A stretch of DNA of 64,000 bases from Candidatus Krumholzibacteriota bacterium. Lineage in GTDB: Bacteria > Krumholzibacteriota > Krumholzibacteriia > Krumholzibacteriales > Krumholzibacteriaceae. Made by a program: the position numbers and the translations under genes. The notes below the pieces were generated by a model. That model was given only the letters and a program-made list of their open reading frames with translations, did no database searches and had not been told where the DNA came from. Shown here one piece after another: positions 1 to 8,860 of the stretch. Position 1 is the stretch's first letter. Each line of letters opens with the position of its first letter. Location of the stretch: positions 516 through 64,515 of the forward strand of contig JBFYZH010000017.1 in NCBI GenBank assembly GCA_041309605.1, read 5' to 3'.

Positions 1-445
1 TTCCATTCTGAAAAGCAATATTTCGATTCTTCTTCTTGCCGCCGCCGCGGTCCTGCTGGTCCTGAACCTGCGCAGGAGGACCAGGATCAAAAACTATCCC
101 CTCCAGGGCAGTCTAAACCTCATTCCGGTGCTTGATATCGTGTCCCTGCTCAACAGCAACCTCAAGACCGGAAGACTCGCCGTGATGACCGGGAAAAACC
201 GCGGCGAGATCTACTTCGAAAAAGGCGAGATTGTGCATTCGAGGTTCAGGAGTTTCGACGGCAAATCCGCTTTCCACAAAATAATGGAATCGCAGACCGG
301 CGATTACATATTCTACAACCATCTTCCTAATGTAAAGCACACCATATCCGAACCATTGAGCCTGTTGCTGCTGTCCATGCGAACCGATGAACAGCCGAGA
401 TCCTCGAAGAAAACAAGACCTGCCAGGGAAAAAGTCGGGGTCTGA
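1..445 (+). CDS. DUF4388-like domain protein, 5'-partial (hydrophobic helix then DUF4388-like domain)
   Basis: Frame 2 stays open from the window edge (codons from nt 2). It reads SILKSNISILLLAAAAVLLVLNLRRR (TM-like), then LQGSLNLIPVLDIVSLLNSNLKTGRLAVMTG...GEIYFEKGEIVHS...GKSAFHKIM. This matches my memory of the DUF4388 pattern (G-L..l.l.dllQ.l....tG.L.v..g...g.iyf..G.iv.A......G..A...il). Stop codon at 443-445. Confidence 0.5.
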   Translation, partial: SILKSNISILLLAAAAVLLVLNLRRRTRIKNYPLQGSLNLIPVLDIVSLLNSNLKTGRLAVMTGKNRGEIYFEKGEIVHSRFRSFDGKSAFHKIMESQTGDYIFYNHLPNVKHTISEPLSLLLLSMRTDEQPRSSKKTRPAREKVGV

Positions 446-448
446 AAT

Positions 449-2323
449 TCAGGTCACATCGACGGCCAGTATGCTTTCGATCGGCGATTCGTTCACGCCC
501 GGCGCACGGCTGTACTTGATATCCCAGTGAATCGAGGGATGCACTTCTTCTCCGCTCAGGTGACAGGATTTGAGGAAATTTTCGCGAATGGATCTTATCA
601 GCGTATCCACTTCTTCAGCCGACCTGTTGTTTATGAACAGGGAATAACACATGGGGCTTTCACCCCTGGATACGACGGCGTCGCCGCCGAGTTGCTGGCA
701 GAGGACCTTTTCGATCATGTTCCCGAACTTCGATCCGTTTTCCACCTCGCCGTTCATCGAAAGGGTCACGAGATTGAACCCCGCGCCGGTTATATCGGCC
801 CGTTCCATCATCATGTGAAGCGGGTGCACCAGATCCTTCTCCCTGCTGAACTGCGGTTCGAGCGGTATCGAGAGACTGATCGTGTTGCCCGGGCTGATCT
901 GAAGCTCGCCTTCCAACGCGGCGGCAAGCCTTCCGAGCACGAGACCGCGATGCGCCTCGTTACACGAGAGAAAATCCTTCAGGCTTTCACGGGAAGTTTT
1001 CAGCCAGCTTGTCGTCCGGGGTCTTAGATAGATCACGAGTTTCCTGTTTATTTCGCCATAGAAATCGTACTCTTCCTTAAGCGAGGTACTGCATTCGATG
1101 AACGGAAGACCGGACAGCCACACATCGTAGGCGTCGATCGCCGAAACGAAGAAATCCCTGAGCCTTCCGCTTCCGGTGAACACCATTATGTCCGGAACGC
1201 TTAATTTGTACCCGCTGATCTTATTCTCACCGACAAACTGCTCGAATATCGTCCTGATTTCCATCTTTACCCTGACCATCGTCCTGCACACGTTTAGTTC
1301 CTCGGATTCGATCATGAATATCTTCTGCAGTTCATCGAGATTCGATATGAGCTTTTCGACGTTCCTCCAGCCGATGTCTATCAACCTTTCCTTTTCGGGC
1401 GTTCCCAGGGGTTGTTCGTTTTCCCCGAGCAATTTCACCGCGTTCCTGATGGAAGTCAGCGGCGTGCGCATCCTATGCGACAGGGAGGTGGCGAATCTCG
1501 ACCTGAGCTCATCGAGTTTCCTGTACGTCGAGAAATCGTGTATCAGGATCATATAGAGCGGTCCTTCCTGTGCCGCCCTGAAACAGCATACTTCGAGTCC
1601 CAGCATCCTGCGGGTCTCCCCGTCCGGCAGGGTGACGTCGGCGTAAGTGATGGCCGAACCGTTCAGCGCGCTTTTCGCGAAGATCGATTCCGGACAGTTG
1701 CTCTTTATCATCCTGCCGATTTGCACATCCTCCCTCACAGTAAGGATCGACCTGGCCGACCGGTTGGCGAAGACGAACTCCATTTTTCCATCGAAAAGGA
1801 TGACGCCCTGTTCGACGGGTTCGAAAAATTTCTCAAGCATTTCATGGAGGGTGTTCTCCCTCGCCCGCCCGTATTCGATTTTGCCGGCGATTATGTCATA
1901 TTCCATCTCTTCGGCGCCGACATGCAGGATATGATCCGCTCCCGCCCTGAGGAGCGACCGGGCGAAGGCAGGGTCGCGCCCGGCAGTGACGGCTATGATT
2001 ACTCCGCCGTAACCTTTTTTGCGAGTTTCGCCGATTAAATTCAGGCTCTCCCCGTCTTCCGGGCCGCATTCGACGAAGAGAGCGTCGGCGGCGCAATCCT
2101 TCATATTCCGTGGAAACGGGACGCCGTCGTCGACCGGCAGGGCCCCTATGCAACACCCGCGGAGTTGTTCGCCGATCACCGCGCGCAGCCCGGGATCCCT
2201 CACTGCAACCACGGCGGAAAGCGCCCGAACGGGATTCTCGGCTGGTTGTGTCTCGAAGCGGGGAGCGATCATCGACTGTATCCTCCAGTATGTATGCACT
2301 TTCTTCAAGCCGGAGAAACGCAA
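449..2323 (-). CDS. signal-transduction protein with PAS-like region and HisKA H-box; catalytic ATPase region looks degenerate
   Basis: 624-aa ORF. H-box-like LSHRMRTPLTSIRNAVKLL. An upstream PAS-like segment (ILFDGKMEFVFANRSARSILTV...). The N-terminus has a receiver-like alpha/beta stretch (VIIAVTAGRDPAFARSLLRAGADHILHV) with no obvious phospho-Asp context. I could not find clear N, G1 or G2 ATP-lid boxes in the C-terminal 200 aa. Confidence 0.5.
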   Translation of the reverse strand: MRFSGLKKVHTYWRIQSMIAPRFETQPAENPVRALSAVVAVRDPGLRAVIGEQLRGCCIGALPVDDGVPFPRNMKDCAADALFVECGPEDGESLNLIGETRKKGYGGVIIAVTAGRDPAFARSLLRAGADHILHVGAEEMEYDIIAGKIEYGRARENTLHEMLEKFFEPVEQGVILFDGKMEFVFANRSARSILTVREDVQIGRMIKSNCPESIFAKSALNGSAITYADVTLPDGETRRMLGLEVCCFRAAQEGPLYMILIHDFSTYRKLDELRSRFATSLSHRMRTPLTSIRNAVKLLGENEQPLGTPEKERLIDIGWRNVEKLISNLDELQKIFMIESEELNVCRTMVRVKMEIRTIFEQFVGENKISGYKLSVPDIMVFTGSGRLRDFFVSAIDAYDVWLSGLPFIECSTSLKEEYDFYGEINRKLVIYLRPRTTSWLKTSRESLKDFLSCNEAHRGLVLGRLAAALEGELQISPGNTISLSIPLEPQFSREKDLVHPLHMMMERADITGAGFNLVTLSMNGEVENGSKFGNMIEKVLCQQLGGDAVVSRGESPMCYSLFINNRSAEEVDTLIRSIRENFLKSCHLSGEEVHPSIHWDIKYSRAPGVNESPIESILAVDVT

Positions 2324-2464
2324 GGGATGTGCCTCGAATGGGGAGTAACATCCCCGGAAAGGGCAGGCCTATGCTCCACAACTGGAAACAACAGGGACAG
2401 GCCGTATTCGCATATTGCATATATGAATTGATTTTTGAATATCGATGCCCGCGGGGCCGGCGGA
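2324..2464 (-). promoter_or_regulatory. AT-rich intergenic region upstream of the kinase-like gene; candidate promoter or operator
   Basis: Local AT enrichment (gcatattgcatatatgaattgatttttgaatatcgatg) in an otherwise GC-rich window. Contains the 8-bp palindrome CATATATG and repeated TGAAT. It lies immediately 5' of the minus-strand start at 2323. No -35/-10 consensus was assigned. Confidence 0.25.
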
Positions 2465-3295
2465 TCAATCGCCTTCCCCGGCCGCGTCGGCGACCGGGAA
2501 TCGGCTTGTAAATATGACGGAGACGGACGAGTCAAAAACCCTTTCGTCGTCGTTGCCTCTTTCGACCCCGCAGGTCAGCGTCATGTCCATTCCGCCTGAA
2601 AGTACCTGCGTGAGACCGAAGAGGTAACATTCACGATACCCCCTGCCGTCGAAATCGATTCCGAATACTGTTCCGTGAACGGTCGTATACCTGCCCGCAG
2701 AGATCCCGAGGCCGAGCCCCGCAAGAAGGTAATCCCCGTTTACGAAGTCGCCCTTCACCTGACCCTGGCCGACCTTGGTCCATGTAGCCGATCCTCTCAG
2801 AACGCAGAACGAGGTTTTTTTTCTGTATTCGAACCCGGCTCCCGCATCGGGATAAACACCGCCGTCATCTCTTCGAAAACCAAAAGGCTCCATCGCTCCG
2901 GAACCTGTCGGAATTCTGATGTCCCATCGCAGGAATAATCCGTCCGTATTCAGGCTGTCCCCGGAAACGCGCGTGGTGGAGCTTATGAAGCCATCGCCGA
3001 AACCATGCCTGAACCCTCCATCCTTATGGATTGCCGGATAGATGATCCCGAGTTTCACGGAAGTACGCCGGCCCGGATTGAACCGGACTTCGACGCCAAG
3101 CACGATGGCGTCACTCCATCCGGATTCAAACCAGGTTTCGCTTGCGACCAGTTCAGTTCCCGAAGTGTCCGCGGGTTGAAACCATGTCGGCAGATTCAGG
3201 TAAAGTCCGGCACCCAGGGACGTCCCGGCAATACAGGACAGGCATAAGGCGACCCCGAGGGATAAAAGGCAGGAAGAAATCCGTTTCAATGACAA
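2465..3295 (-). CDS. putative secreted outer-membrane beta-barrel-type protein (hypothetical)
   Basis: 276 aa. N-terminal signal-like MSLKRISSCLLSLGVALCLSCIAGTSLGAG. Gly/aromatic-rich with alternating polar and hydrophobic stretches, ending GLGLGISAGRYTTVHGTVFGIDFDGRGYRECYLFGLTQ... I did not recognise a family signature. Confidence 0.4.
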   Translation of the reverse strand: MSLKRISSCLLSLGVALCLSCIAGTSLGAGLYLNLPTWFQPADTSGTELVASETWFESGWSDAIVLGVEVRFNPGRRTSVKLGIIYPAIHKDGGFRHGFGDGFISSTTRVSGDSLNTDGLFLRWDIRIPTGSGAMEPFGFRRDDGGVYPDAGAGFEYRKKTSFCVLRGSATWTKVGQGQVKGDFVNGDYLLAGLGLGISAGRYTTVHGTVFGIDFDGRGYRECYLFGLTQVLSGGMDMTLTCGVERGNDDERVFDSSVSVIFTSRFPVADAAGEGD

Positions 3296-3300
3296 TCCCT

Positions 3301-3732
3301 TTAGCCTTCTCCCTCAAGGAGACGTATTTTCCCCTGGTGACCGAAATTGACCAGGATCGTCTTTCTGTTCCCGGGAAGAGTCTCCTTGGCAATGACCTTG
3401 CCGTAGTCGTTCCACGACCTGTGGTAGATGATATCGTCGGTTTTATATATCATGGATTTGTCGTATTCCAGCGAGTTTTCCTTGTCCTCCGCAGAAAAGT
3501 CTTCCGGAGCTATTTCCTGCTGGTTTTCCCCCGGCTCATCCACCTTGTCGTCCCCCTCCTCGGACTCGACCATGTAAGGCAGAAAACCATCGCATCCCGG
3601 GCACTTCAACCAGAGAACGTCATTTTTCTCGGCTTCCTCGACCACTTCCATATCGAACGTTTTCTTGCATACGGAGCAATACTGTTCGATGACCCTGGCC
3701 TCATTTTTGACGCCCTTCCTGCTCTGCGTCAC
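3301..3732 (-). CDS. zinc-ribbon protein (two CxxC pairs) with acidic linker, hypothetical
   Basis: 143 aa with CSVCKK...CPGCDG, then an E/D-rich linker and a C-terminal IYHRSWNDYGKVIAKE...ILVNFGHQGKIRL segment. The stop lies 6 nt before the start of the upstream outer-membrane-like gene. Confidence 0.4.
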   Translation of the reverse strand: MTQSRKGVKNEARVIEQYCSVCKKTFDMEVVEEAEKNDVLWLKCPGCDGFLPYMVESEEGDDKVDEPGENQQEIAPEDFSAEDKENSLEYDKSMIYKTDDIIYHRSWNDYGKVIAKETLPGNRKTILVNFGHQGKIRLLEGEG

Positions 3733-3777
3733 AAAAACCTCCCATCAACACGATCGTATCGGTACCGCGTCGTTCTT

Positions 3778-3993
3778 TCAGTCGGAAATTATCCTGCAGC
3801 AGTCATCAGCCTGCTTTTCGGAAAGGTATCTCATCCCGCATACCGGGCATCTGAATTTACCGTCCAGTCTTCCATCCACTTCGGCTTTGGCGAGTAATCT
3901 ATGGAATTTCACGTAATTCTTGCCTTTCTTGAGGAAGTCATCTTCATGAGCCTCTCGCTTCATTGTACATCTCCTCCCATCCCTTGAATCCAA
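3778..3993 (-). CDS. small zinc-ribbon protein, hypothetical (start may be the internal Met, which would make it about 61 aa)
   Basis: 71-aa ORF with CPVCGMRY...ADDCC. It sits directly downstream of the low-GC palindromic intergenic region. Confidence 0.35.
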   Translation of the reverse strand: MDSRDGRRCTMKREAHEDDFLKKGKNYVKFHRLLAKAEVDGRLDGKFRCPVCGMRYLSEKQADDCCRIISD

Positions 3994-4131
3994 GCGTTCG
4001 TCACCACATCATGATGTAGAAATAAATATCAGTAACGCTACATGTGGTAGTTTATACCATTAAAGCGTCGAGCCGTCAAATGATTTCACATAACGGATGC
4101 GAGAAATACCGGCTGCCGGGAATAATATATC
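3994..4131. promoter_or_regulatory. low-GC intergenic island with a perfect 12-bp palindrome ACATCATGATGT; candidate promoter/operator for the zinc-ribbon gene pair
   Basis: tcgtcaccACATCATGATGTagaaataaatatcagtaacgCTACATGTGGTAGtttataccattaaagcg is visibly AT-rich. The 12-mer is self-complementary. A second near-palindrome, CTACATGTGGTAG, follows 25 nt later. Confidence 0.3.
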
Positions 4132-4287
4132 ATGGACGAGCTTCATTTGCAAGCATGGGCAGGAACGCACCGCGGCGGTGACGACATCGATACGCGCGCT
4201 GCGGCGGACAATCCATCCCGGATCGACGTTCATTCAAATGCGACTGCCGTCCGCATACAGACCCGGATTAGTCTCAAGAAACGGGGA

Positions 4288-6651
4288 CTAGCGGAGAACG
4301 ACGATCTTTTTGACGCTTTCCTCGCTCCCGGCCCTGGCCTTAATGAAATATATGCCGTTCGATACCTTCTCGCCCTTGTCATTGGTCCCGTCCCATTCCA
4401 TGTCCTTGTAACGCCCCCCGTAGAGGGGAAGTTCGAACAGGTGCTTTACCAGTTGTCCCTTGACGTTGTAGATGTCGACGATGACCATGACCCTCGAATC
4501 GGCGGCGGAGACCCCGACCGGTTCCCGCCCGGAAGCACCGTGTGGCGAGTCCACGTCGGGAAAGTCGCCCGGGATCTTGACCGTAAAAGACACTTTCCCG
4601 CTCCCCCCTGAACTGAACGGATTCGGAGCCATGGATGAAAGCAGCCCGTTCGGTACCGGGATGAGGGATTTCTCGGAATAAATACCGGTCTCGTGTATGA
4701 ATTCCCTCGGTACACCGTCGATGACCGCATTTATTCTGGAAAGTATCTTGTAATCGTAAAGATGCAGAGGCACGACATCAGCGTCCCTGAAAACATAGTA
4801 ATTCCTGGTGGCACCCGGGGAATGGGGATTGTCTCCGTCGACGACATCTATCATTTCGAATTCGGTGTCCGCGGATGCGTCCCTGCGGTATATCTCGAAA
4901 TCGGACCCGAAGACCTGACTGGCCGTGATCCACGAAAGGTCGATATATTCCGATCCCGCCTCGGTGTCGACCTGGTAAAATTTTATTCCTATATAGGTCA
5001 CCCCTATCGAGTCATCCGCCCGCAGTCCGACGTTGTTTTCGATTATCATGTGGATCCAGTTTTCTCCCGGCTCGAGTCCCGATAGAATAAAAGTACTTAG
5101 ATTTTCGCCCGATGAGTCCCATTCCCCGTCCCCCGGGTTGATCGACTCGAGTATACCATCGTTGATCTGCCTCCATCCCTTTTTCAGAATCGGCGCGTAA
5201 TTAATCCTAGTTTCCGGATTCTGGTACGGATTCCGGTTCGCTACGGGGTAATTGATCGCATCGGCGCTGAGAACGTAGGAACCGTCATAGGTCGTATCGC
5301 TGCTGAACCCGGGAATATAAATGATGTCCACTATGGGTGGCATCTCGTAAAGGTCGGGTATCGAATTTTCGTTGGCGTCGCCGAGCCCCACCTGCCCCAT
5401 CGTATATGGACATACAGGCAGCGGTAATTCGAGCGTGTAATTGTTCATGATGCAGGAAAGCTGCTCCCCGCAGGGGGCGCCGCCGGCCATCGTCGCGTAG
5501 GAATTGCCGTTCCTTACGTTCAGATATCCGGATCTGGCGTTGCAGGACACACCCGCGCTCGCGTATTCGTCGAGGGCCCAGAAGACATGGCTCATTTCGT
5601 GCATGAAGACATGTGCGAAATCCTTCCCCGTCCCGAAACGGCAGGCCGGGTATGGAACGACCACGAAAGGTCCGCCGAGAAAGATCGTGTAGGCGGCATA
5701 CTGGCCAGCCGGTCCCTGCCAGCATTCGTTGACACTCGCGTCGGCTATGTACGCGGTAAAGACCCAGTCAGTGGCTATGGGATAGCCGCTGCGCGCCGCG
5801 TTATTGAAAAGATGCGTGCTGCTTACATAATCGCCGGGAACGGGAACGAATCCCTGGTAACCGGAGAGATAATCAAGGGCTTCGTTTATCCAATACGGGT
5901 CGCTGTTCCAGTCCCCCTCGATCGGTTCGATCGAGACCGGCACCCTTTTTAATTGCGTCGGGCAATTGACCCAGAAATCGAGATCGACCCAGTGAGTGGC
6001 CTGCATGTACTGCGAGAGACCGAGGTTGATATCGGCAAGCATCGCCGCGATCTCATCGTTTGTCCAATCCTCGCTTCCGCCGGGACCGCTTTCCGGGACT
6101 ATCACGTTGATCAGCACATTGCCCATGAGAAATTCCGAGTTCTGATCTATACCCCTTTCCCGCACGGCGGAATAAGGACTCTTCATGAGCGGTGTCGTGC
6201 CGTCGTACTTCCGTCTTAAATCTGCGGGGATCTCCCGGACGGGAGGGTCGATCGGTCCCAGATCCAGCCCGGGAGGATGTCCGGTATTCTGGAAGGCCCT
6301 CTCGTCGAAGAACCCGCTTAATATTTTTCGCCGGACAGGATCGAGTCTTTCCGGGATCGTTCCGGCGAACGATTCCAATATAACGATATTCAGCCCGGTA
6401 AAATCGCCGTAACCGGCGCCCCCGGGAAAATACCCGGTGACAAGGCCGGGAGGCATATGGATGCACCCCTTCGCCTCCATTTTACCGATTATTTCGCTGA
6501 CGGAGATATAGGTGGCCATGTCGCCGTCATTGATCAGGATGGCCATCGGCTTCAACCCGTATTTTTCCTCGAATACATTTGCGGAAGCGGCGCCTGGATG
6601 AACGAATGGAATAATCAGGGCGACAGTGATGAACTGCTTGAAGATAGTCAC
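4288..6651 (-). CDS. secreted zinc metalloprotease, M6 (immune inhibitor A)-like, with T9SS C-terminal sorting domain
   Basis: 787 aa. Signal peptide MTIFKQFITVALIIPFVHPGAASA. HExxH motif with downstream DEY (FMHEMSHVFWALDEY). The size and the HEXXH...DEY layout are typical of the M6 family as I recall it. C-terminal about 80 aa: VIVDIYNVKGQLVKHLFELPLYGGRYKDMEWDGTNDKGEKVSNGIYFIKARAGSEESVKKIVVLR, which matches the T9SS CTD / FlgD-Ig-like tail pattern. Confidence 0.6.
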   Translation of the reverse strand: MTIFKQFITVALIIPFVHPGAASANVFEEKYGLKPMAILINDGDMATYISVSEIIGKMEAKGCIHMPPGLVTGYFPGGAGYGDFTGLNIVILESFAGTIPERLDPVRRKILSGFFDERAFQNTGHPPGLDLGPIDPPVREIPADLRRKYDGTTPLMKSPYSAVRERGIDQNSEFLMGNVLINVIVPESGPGGSEDWTNDEIAAMLADINLGLSQYMQATHWVDLDFWVNCPTQLKRVPVSIEPIEGDWNSDPYWINEALDYLSGYQGFVPVPGDYVSSTHLFNNAARSGYPIATDWVFTAYIADASVNECWQGPAGQYAAYTIFLGGPFVVVPYPACRFGTGKDFAHVFMHEMSHVFWALDEYASAGVSCNARSGYLNVRNGNSYATMAGGAPCGEQLSCIMNNYTLELPLPVCPYTMGQVGLGDANENSIPDLYEMPPIVDIIYIPGFSSDTTYDGSYVLSADAINYPVANRNPYQNPETRINYAPILKKGWRQINDGILESINPGDGEWDSSGENLSTFILSGLEPGENWIHMIIENNVGLRADDSIGVTYIGIKFYQVDTEAGSEYIDLSWITASQVFGSDFEIYRRDASADTEFEMIDVVDGDNPHSPGATRNYYVFRDADVVPLHLYDYKILSRINAVIDGVPREFIHETGIYSEKSLIPVPNGLLSSMAPNPFSSGGSGKVSFTVKIPGDFPDVDSPHGASGREPVGVSAADSRVMVIVDIYNVKGQLVKHLFELPLYGGRYKDMEWDGTNDKGEKVSNGIYFIKARAGSEESVKKIVVLR

Positions 6652-6767
6652 TTACCACCTCACTTTTCCTTGGGTTCCCGTATTTGAAAAAATACTCTTT
6701 CCGCGTGCGGATGGCAAATGAAAAACGGCGATATACGTTCGATGTGAAGTCGATGCCCTTGATATGT

Positions 6768-7619
6768 TTAATTCCTGCGAAATTCCATCAGAACCGCCCG
6801 CGTGACGGTAATCCTGGGAACCGGCCGGATCTTCGATCCCGACGGTTCGAGCCGCGTGTATACCGTTCTTTCAACCCTGCTTGTTACAAGTCCCCACAAG
6901 GGGACTTCCCGCGAAAGTTCCAACGTGCTTCTTTCTTCCTCGAATCTTTCGGCTTTCACTCCACCGAGTTCGACCGGCCTGGTGGAGCTTTTCAGGTATT
7001 CCACCCCGTGACATTCGAAAAGACCAGCCGGCGTGTTGACTTTTTCCGTGCCGAGATCCTTCCTCCCGACATTCCTTTCCACGGGCAGAAACAGCTTTTC
7101 TATTCCGAAGTCCTCAATCTCGTCCTCCGACGGTTCGCGGAAAGGCTCCGCGCCGTTTTTTACCGATATCCCGACGATACAATCCCTCACTTCCCCGACG
7201 GAGCCCGCCGAGACCACCCGGCCTGCAAGACGAAGCCTCGCCGTGACGGTCTCCTCGGCCTGCGGAGGCCATGTCGAGGATACTATCTCCAAAAGGAAGA
7301 CGTTCTGGCTGTCCCCGATCACGGAGAGCCCCACCATCGTCGTATCCACGACGTCGCAGGCTTCGGAGGTTATCATGTAGAGCACCGAAGACCCCGCCCT
7401 GAATTCGACCGATTCCAGGGAGACTCCCGGCACAAGAAAATCGATCCCGCCCGCCAGCGATACGAAAGGGGAGTAAAGAACGATCATGGCCGGAAACATC
7501 GCCGCGAAGACGCGTTTCTTCGACCGGCCGGGGTTCCTCCAGAAATATTCCACGTAATCTCCTCCATTCACCCCTTGCCGCCCGATTAATGCGGCCGGCG
7601 GGATCCCAAGCCGCATCAA
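6768..7619 (-). CDS. hypothetical protein (283 aa)
   Basis: Its start codon overlaps the stop of the upstream cytochrome-fusion gene (7616-7619), which suggests translational coupling. A possible N-terminal hydrophobic segment (MFPAMIVLYSPFVSLAGGIDFLV) sits after the first 40 codons, so the true start may be internal. The competing plus-strand ORF (6684..7589) is Arg-rich and reads like an antisense artefact. Confidence 0.4.
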   Translation of the reverse strand: MMRLGIPPAALIGRQGVNGGDYVEYFWRNPGRSKKRVFAAMFPAMIVLYSPFVSLAGGIDFLVPGVSLESVEFRAGSSVLYMITSEACDVVDTTMVGLSVIGDSQNVFLLEIVSSTWPPQAEETVTARLRLAGRVVSAGSVGEVRDCIVGISVKNGAEPFREPSEDEIEDFGIEKLFLPVERNVGRKDLGTEKVNTPAGLFECHGVEYLKSSTRPVELGGVKAERFEEERSTLELSREVPLWGLVTSRVERTVYTRLEPSGSKIRPVPRITVTRAVLMEFRRN

Positions 7620-8845
7620 TGCGTTTTCGTCTTCAGCGAATCGCTTCCGCCGCAGTGCGCAAGCCGTCTTATCATTTCATCGAGCGCGAAATCCGGATCC
7701 TTCCCCGGCGTATGACAGCGCCTGCAGGAACTGCGCGCTCCGGCGGAGTACTTGCCATCCCTGGAGTGTGTCGTTCCGGGTCCGTGACACGCCTCGCATT
7801 GCACCCCCCGCAGGTCCGTTCCGCCTTTCTCCTCGGACTCGACGGAAAATCCGCTGAACTCGCCGTACCCCGTGGTGTGGCAACCGACGCAAGCGGGGTT
7901 GGTCTCCTCCGCAGCCACGGTGAGCCTGTTGAAAGCCCTGAAATGTGGAGTCGTCATGAAGTCGGCGACGATTTCGTAATGACATCTGCCGCAGATTCCC
8001 ATGCCGAGGTACCGTTCGCTGATCTTGCCTGTTACAGTATCGCGGGCGAGGAATTCGCTGAGATTCATCTCCCTCATCCTCTTTCCTTCCTCCATGCCGA
8101 ACTGCCTCATCCTCTCCTCCATTTCGGGATCGCCGGGCATGGATTCCTCAAGGGTGACGAGCAAGGTGTCGGAAAGAACGGCCTCGCCCGAATCGTCGAA
8201 GGATATTACCGCTATACCGAGCGATCTTCCCCTCCCTCCCGCGAAAAGCACCGGCGTCCCCAGGTTATTGAACTGACCTCCGGTGGTATCGGCGCAATCG
8301 CTCGAGGCATCGGCGCTCTCCCCGGCGTGCCCCCGGATGACCAGGTCGATCCCGTCAAGAGCCCTGAGGACCGGCTCGAGTTTCATCTTTTCCATGTGGG
8401 CGAGAAGTATCACGTAATCGCAAAGCGGCTTCATCTCTTCGAGCACTGCGGCTCCCTCGACAAACGGATCGGTGATTTCGAATTCTCCCGGTTTGGATGG
8501 CTCCTCGCCCAGAAGGGCGAATATACCCACCGCCGAACCGTGGACCTTTTTTATAATGTAGGGAGGAAATAACCTATGCCCATCCAGATAGAGGTTGGCG
8601 CAAATCACCGGAAGCCCCGCCGCCGCGTCATCGCGGATGGCCCTCAGTTCGTATCCAAGCTCCTTCTCCCCGACGGCGACTGCGTCGTACCCCATGTCAA
8701 TCATCATCGACGAGAGAAACCTGCTCCTGTACAGTTCCGCGATACCCGATCTGGCATAAAAATCCCCCGCCGAAAGAAGAAGCGTTTCGGGATCCTTTGT
8801 TCGTTCTGTCTTGATCACGGCAGCCCGCCGGGCCAGCCCTCCCAT
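7616..8845 (-). CDS. fusion protein: calcineurin-like/5'-nucleotidase-like domain (catalytic motifs degenerate) + C-terminal tetraheme cytochrome c (4x CxxCH)
   Basis: 409-aa ORF. GGLARRAAVIKTER...LLLSAGDFYARSG...DAVAVGEKELGYEL parallels my recollection of UshA-type motifs (GGxARlat..k.eR ; llldaGDxxqGt ; DAmalGNHEFD), but with NH replaced by EK. The C-terminus carries CGRCH, CVGCH, CEACH and CRRCH. Confidence 0.6.
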   Translation of the reverse strand: MGGLARRAAVIKTERTKDPETLLLSAGDFYARSGIAELYRSRFLSSMMIDMGYDAVAVGEKELGYELRAIRDDAAAGLPVICANLYLDGHRLFPPYIIKKVHGSAVGIFALLGEEPSKPGEFEITDPFVEGAAVLEEMKPLCDYVILLAHMEKMKLEPVLRALDGIDLVIRGHAGESADASSDCADTTGGQFNNLGTPVLFAGGRGRSLGIAVISFDDSGEAVLSDTLLVTLEESMPGDPEMEERMRQFGMEEGKRMREMNLSEFLARDTVTGKISERYLGMGICGRCHYEIVADFMTTPHFRAFNRLTVAAEETNPACVGCHTTGYGEFSGFSVESEEKGGTDLRGVQCEACHGPGTTHSRDGKYSAGARSSCRRCHTPGKDPDFALDEMIRRLAHCGGSDSLKTKTH

Positions 8846-8860
8846 CCTGTTCCCGCCTCA

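Noticed and set aside
6684-7589. 301-aa plus-strand ORF overlapping the minus-strand 283-aa gene
   Set aside because: The translation is Arg/Pro/His-rich low complexity (RRFEPRVYR..., HRRIHDV..., RPRPEFDR...), typical of antisense reading in GC-rich DNA. The minus-strand partner is translationally coupled to its neighbour.
8858-8860. UGA reassigned to Gly (code 25-like) as an explanation for the GG-TGA-GG context
   Set aside because: No other gene in the window has an in-frame TGA. Many genes terminate with TGA (folC, tsaB, rimI, pnp, gmd, purB), and GC content is far from that of Gracilibacteria/SR1-type genomes.
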